Shown: positions 58,675-64,000 of the stretch, piece by piece
How positions within the stretch are numbered: position 1 is the first letter of the stretch
Layout: every line of letters begins with the position of its first letter
Source: Malacoraja senta
Lineage: Eukaryota
Length of the DNA: 64,000 bases
NCBI GenBank assembly: GCA_038087875.1
Contig: CM075979.1
Coordinates: 63,612,001-63,676,000 of the forward strand
Direction of reading: 5' to 3'
Position numbers and translations under genes: made by a program
The notes under the pieces: model-generated
The model's input: only the letters and a program-made list of their open reading frames with translations
Told to the model about the DNA's origin: nothing
The model's database searches: none

Positions 58675-59802
58675 CTAGACTAAGTGGGACCCGTTGGGTC
58701 CCAGTCACACGGTGGCCTGGTCCCCCAACACAACCCATTCCCAACGCAATATTCCACCACTCACCCCGTTCCCCCAACGCAATATTTCACCACTCACCCA
58801 CAGCCCCTAACTGCGCAGGTGCGGCTGACGTGTTCCCGTTGTGCCACCCGATCCCCCCCCTCACCCACCCACTCCGAATGGACTGCAGCTGGGGATGGGA
58901 CGGCTTCAGGCGGGGGCCGGCGGGAGCGCCTGTAGCCGGGGGACGGGAACGGCTTCAGGAGGGGAGCATCCATCAGCCAGGGAGGGGGAGACGGTTTCAG
59001 GCGGGGCCTGTCGGGGAAGCGCTACCATGGGCGGGGTGTGTGTGGGCGGGGGGGGGGTTGTGGGGGAGGGGAGGGTGTGGGCAGGGGTGGTGTGAGGGGG
59101 TTGTGATGTGTAGGAGGGGTGTGGGGGGGTTGTGTGTGGGCGGGGAGCAGTGTGGGAGGGGTGTGGGCTGGGGGATGTGGGGGGGAGGGGTGTGTGTGGG
59201 TGGGGTGGTAGGGGGTGTGTGTGTGTGGGGGGGGGGAAGAGGGAGCTCGGAGAAAAGACGGGGGATATCACGGGGAGGGGGGCAGGAGCTGGCAAGGGGG
59301 ACCAGAGGGGAAGGGGCTGGAGCTGACGGTGCGATGGGGACTCACAGCGGGCGCTGGTCGCTCTGGACGTTCTCGTCTGGCGGGATCAGAGTCTCCACTT
59401 TCCGTTTGGCGACATCAGCTACATCTCCGACTCCGCGCCGGGCTGGGCCGCCACTGGTCCTCCGAAATTTATGTCCGGTTGGAAACCTCTGCCGGCCATC
59501 CTCAGCTCCAGTAAAGACGCGATGGCGCAGGAAGGGGTGGACAGTCCCGCAGAGGAGAAAAGATCAATCCACGCGGCGCTGACAGGAGAGATCGATCTGC
59601 GCACGCATGGTTTTTAAGGTTTTAAACCTTGCTAACTTTTACATTAGACCACCAATCGGAACGAAACTTGGTGCACTCGCAGCACAGGAGAACGGCGAGT
59701 AAGCTGGCAAAAATCGTAGCGCTATCGCGTACCATTTTTGCGCAAATAGAAATACCGCGCAAACCGGAAGATAACAAGATCAGATCTTTAGTTATGTATA
59801 GA
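58675..59802 (-). mobile_element. Non-autonomous Helitron
   Basis: On - strand: A|TCTATACATAACTAAA ... TGGGACCC-AAC-GGGTCCCA hairpin, 6 nt, CTAG|T; no TSD. Confidence 0.87.
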
Positions 59803-60360
59803 TCTTCTACCTGTGTCCAAGTCATTGTCCAAACTCACACTTTGAAGAGACATAAATGCTGCAAGCAATTGCAACAGTTGACATTTCACAAATTTTAGTA
59901 AATTTCTTGTTGTTTTCTATCTAACAGGCATTGCAGATTTCTGGAATCCAGACCATTAACCAAATACAGAACAATCGCTAATTTCCTTCTGCACATCCCA
60001 TCATGTTCACGTGTGGTCTTTACAAATTATTGTGAGTCCCCATTTAACTAATATTTTGTAAGTGCTCGCTACTGCAATTATTATACTGTTTAGAAATTAA
60101 CTTAATAGTTATGTGATTTAAGGTCCAGCAATAAGAAGTAAAATAACCTTAATGGAAGAACAAATATATATATGCGATAGATAATTTGAACCTAAGTCTT
60201 CTCTGGCTTAGAACACCGTGACTAGCATCCTAAAACTGATTATTAAACAAAAATGACCAAATGTTCAATTTCTTGCAGCACTTCTTTAAAGTACTTTCTA
60301 ATTATTCTTCAACCACCATATGTAATCATGGCACAGTCACAATATATTTTAAAATGTTAC

Positions 60361-60480
60361 CTTATCCACTGCCTTGCGGACTATTTCTTTGTATTCATCC
60401 TTGGTAATGTCCTTCTTCTGGTAATAAGGCTTGATGGCTAGTTTTACCTCATCTACAGCTCTTTCCTGAATAGTACATTT
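60361..60480 (-). CDS. SCAF11: SCAF11 penultimate coding exon
   Basis: acag| ... AAG|gtaaca, 120 bp; [40 protein letters not shown]. Confidence 0.95.
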
Positions 60481-60757
60481 CTGTATTGGAAAAAAAGGTG
60501 TATGTTATATATTAACCAGCTTTTATCAAGGTATCACACCAAACCCAGAACAAGACGTCAATGAATCAACAACAGATGGTAACAATAAACTAATATGGAT
60601 GAAGGAACAATGAAACTGCATTACATAAAGCACAGGTACTTTATTTTGTTCACAGGTTCAAATGGCTTTTAAAAACAGAAGCTGAATTGCCTCCTCCTGA
60701 TTTCTGATTCTAAAATGTTGTAGAGAAATGTAATTAATTCACTACTTCTGGACTTGC

Positions 60758-60994
60758 CTTCTCCTTTTTGGGCTTTTCTACTTCAAATTCTTCCTTCAGG
60801 CTTTCTTTTTCCACTGTAGTCTTTGCAGATGAAAGAGTTGCAAAGACCTGTTGGACAGACTGAAAGGCAGAAGAAGAAACATCGAGAGAAAGTGAAACAG
60901 GCACTGCCTTGCCTGAGCCTTCGACTGGAATGGGTACACTCGCAGCACTGGTCTGCAAATCCACTTCAGACGTACCACTAGGAGGAGGGATGGT
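60758..60994 (-). CDS. SCAF11: SCAF11 coding exon ending in a GC donor
   Basis: ttag|ACC ATC CCT... AAG|gcaagt, 237 bp, phase 0/0; TIPPPSGTSEVDLQTS...EVEKPKKEK. Confidence 0.85.
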
Positions 60995-62494
60995 CTAAAA
61001 CACAAGCAAAGTAAAATATCAAGTATTTCTAGTGTCCACAAAAGCAGAACAAACATTTGAATAAAATGATGGAATTTAATAAGATAGTTACTTCTGCAAA
61101 AAAAGTTTTACAAATGCATGAGTTGCTAGTGATGACTTATTAGCTGTCAAATGTTAAAAAAATATCTAGAAGGCAACTTTCATTTCAACATTTAGGAGCT
61201 ATACTACATAATGCAAATAAATCAGGTGTGATTTCAAGTGACTAACTTCAGTGTACATATCAAAGTTTCATCCAATACAATCAAATGTATTACACCCCCC
61301 CAATTCCAGAACAAAGATCCACATACAAATCTCTTGATACAACAAAAAAAGTTACCCAATCTGAAATGACATTAAGGCAGCAGACTAGTCATCTGTTATT
61401 AATATTTAGGTTGGCATAGATTCCAAATTCTCTCTTTTAGAAAATGATTGACAAAACAGCAAGTCTGGATTGTTCCTCAATTACTTCTCAGCCCTATCGC
61501 AGATGTTCAAAAGAGCAGAGTCAAAATCATCACCAGAAATTCAACAACACTGCTGGAAGATGAACATTTGTCTTCCTATTATGAAAATGACCAAACATGA
61601 ATTAGCAGCTTTTATTTCAAACTGAAGGATGCAGTGCCATACGGAACAGTTTGATAAGGAGGAAGACAATATTTAAACATAGCATGCAATGTTGCGTGAT
61701 GATCAGAGCTTAAATTTCAGCCCTAAATATAACTAAAAACGTTTGTCAACAGTGAAGAAATTTGGAAATCATGACAATTAAAAGTATTTGTACAATTGAT
61801 TCAGAATGCACTTCATTCTATATCTCAGGGGAGGTATTTTTGCACCCGAGTCAGAGGATTTTGTGCCATTCTTGTCTAGAAGCAAGTTAAAGGCGTGTTA
61901 ATATCTGGAATTCTGCATTTACCACAAATCAGTTACCCATTTCCACTATAGACATTGCAGAGCAGCCGTTTACCCCTACGAAGGACTAAAGAGCACGTGT
62001 AGACAAAATCTTGTTACAGATGTATTGCAATTTTTTTTATATTCACCCTTGTATTGCAAACTGGTCTATTCCAAAGAACACCATGCCACAAATAGCTTCA
62101 TCTACGCCTCAACGTTTTATTTTTACTGTGGGATTATCATACAAGATGTTGGGACAAACCAATAGGTTAACGAGATGGCCAAAGAGCACAGGTAAATTAG
62201 AACAAAACTCCCTTGGACACAGTAGAAATCTGTATTAAGCATAGCGAAATGAATAACAAAAAGTAAATATTATCCCAACATGTGTTTTTAAAAAACTCCA
62301 ATTGCCAAGAGGAAATGTTTGTAACAATGAGCACAAAAGTGCTGTATTCAGTGTAAGCCTTTAACCTAGTCTTAAACGGACCAACCAAGAGAGTTCCTGC
62401 AGGCACACACTGAACACTTTCTCCCCATTTCTCTGCTAAACACAAACAAACGCTAGAAAATTATGTTCATGTTCAATTCCGGTCAAGAACTTAC

Positions 62495-62850
62495 CTGAGG
62501 TTGAGTCAGGTCAAGCTGTTGGACTGCGTAGTTCACTGACTGAGAGGGTGGAGGTGGAGGTGGTGGTGGGGGTGGGCTGTTTGGGAGATTTCCCGCAGCA
62601 GTTGGTGGTGGCACTGCCGATATTCCTGCATGCACATTCAGTGGGGGAGGCGGGTGGATATAGGGATTATGAAAATGCATTAAAGGAGGATGAACATTCA
62701 ATGGATAAGGAAAGACACTCATCGGTTGGGATGGTGGGGGATTCAGTGTTTGTGCTACAACAGGCTGCATAACATTAACAGCTTGTTGAGAGCCATTCAT
62801 TTGTTGATTTGATTGGTCACTGAAGGCTGATGTCCCTTGCGATGCATCTG
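62495..62850 (-). CDS. SCAF11: SCAF11 proline-rich coding exon
   Basis: tttag/cag tandem acceptor, CAG|gtaagt donor; QQMNGSQQAVNVMQP...PMSVFPYPLNVHPPLM...PPPPPPPPPPSQSVNY resembles SCAF11. Confidence 0.9.
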
Positions 62851-63009
62851 CTAAACAACAGAAAAGGTAGAGATACAGTCATAACGTTTTTCTGATTGAA
62901 GCATTGAGGAATTCTGTAAAATTTTATTCAGAACCTTGATCAAAGCATTTTGTTCTGATACTCTTAACACATTTGCAGTAACTTAATAAATGCACGGTAT
63001 TTGATGAAA

Positions 63010-64000
63010 ATATAGAGTATTAGAACAGTACAGCACAGGACCAGGCCCTTCAGCTCACTCCACCTGTACCGAACATGATGCCACGACCAAATCTTAACTG
63101 TCTGCACATAATCCATATCCCTCCATATCCAGGTGCCTATCCAAAATGCTCTTAAATGCAACTATCTTATCTGTCTTCTCCAGCATCCCTAGCAGCACGT
63201 TCCAGGCCCATGCCACCTTCTCCAAGAAAAAAATAAAATCTTGCCCTGCACATCTCCTTTAAACTTTGTCCCTCTCACCTTAAAGCTATTCCCTCTAACA
63301 TTTGATATTTCCATTCTGGGGAAATTGTTCTGACTGTCTACCTTTCTATGTCTCACGTAATATTATACACTTCTATCTTCAATCTTCAGCGTTCCAGAGA
63401 AAACAATCCAAGTCTGTCCAAACTTTCCCTGTATCTAAGTCAGGAATCATTCCAGTAAAACTCCTCTGCACCCTTTCCAAAGCCTCCACATCCTACCTGC
63501 AACGGGATGACTGGAACTGCACACAAAATCCAAATGCAGCCTAACCAAAGTCCTGTAAAGTTGCATGATGACTTACACTCAACGCCCCAACCAATGAAAG
63601 CAGGCAACCATACACCTTTTTTTACCACAAAAAAAGGTAAGAAAGGTGTGAATGTAATCATGCAATATTAACCCTTACAATCAGTCTCCCAAACACCTCA
63701 CACTTGCTCGGATTAAACTTCGACCACCATTACCCCAGCTTCTGCTGGAGCTGATCTATATCCCGCTGTACACTTCAACAGCCTTCCTCACTGTCCCCAA
63801 TCTCAGAAGATTAAGGTGCACAGGATGAACAGTGCACTCTCCCGAGTTCCTGCCAAATAATATTATAATTTGTCTTATTCCCTTTGGTTCCTTCCTGTAA
63901 GGTCCAGCCTTCTCCTTATTTAAAACAATCTTAAAACCTATAGCGTTGTGATCACCATCCCCACAATGTTCCTCCACTGAAACACCAGTCACTGGCCAGG
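63010..64000 (-). mobile_element. CR1 LINE fragments (3' tail and decayed ORF2)
   Basis: tagaacagtacagcacaggaccaggccc tail; VTGVSVEEHCGDGDHNAIGFKI resembles the CR1 endonuclease end. Confidence 0.75.

Noticed and set aside
58590-59582. 330-aa ORF as a novel gene or Helitron RepHel
   Set aside because: Gly/Val/Cys-rich translation of G-rich low-complexity DNA; it crosses the element boundary and has no Rep or helicase motifs

Overview
Vertebrate nuclear DNA. The repeat families (HE1/V-SINE, CR1/HER1, Rex1/Babar, abundant Penelope-like elements) point to a cartilaginous fish, probably a skate or ray; this is inference. Two genes lie tail-to-tail, as in human. On the + strand is ARID2 (PBAF subunit BAF200): 17 coding exons equivalent to human exons 5-21, all GT-AG and phase-consistent, stop TGA at 44114-44116; the ARID-domain exons lie upstream of the window. 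On the - strand are the last 4 coding exons of SCAF11, including one GC-AG intron and a terminal exon with two apparent single-base deletions. Introns are full of decayed and nested mobile elements. Most notable non-genic signals: (i) Penelope-like terminal repeats carrying a minimal hammerhead-ribozyme core, often in fold-back mini-insertions with long target-site duplications; (ii) two related non-autonomous Helitron-type insertions, one splitting a Rex1 3' tail exactly at an A|T site; (iii) an unexplained ~285-nt CpG-rich, highly foldable segment with a 35-bp terminal stem and a downstream T6 run in an ARID2 intron; (iv) two miR-155 seed sites in the ARID2 3'UTR. There is a 200-N assembly gap at 379-578. 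No CRISPR, rRNA or bona fide tRNA genes were seen.
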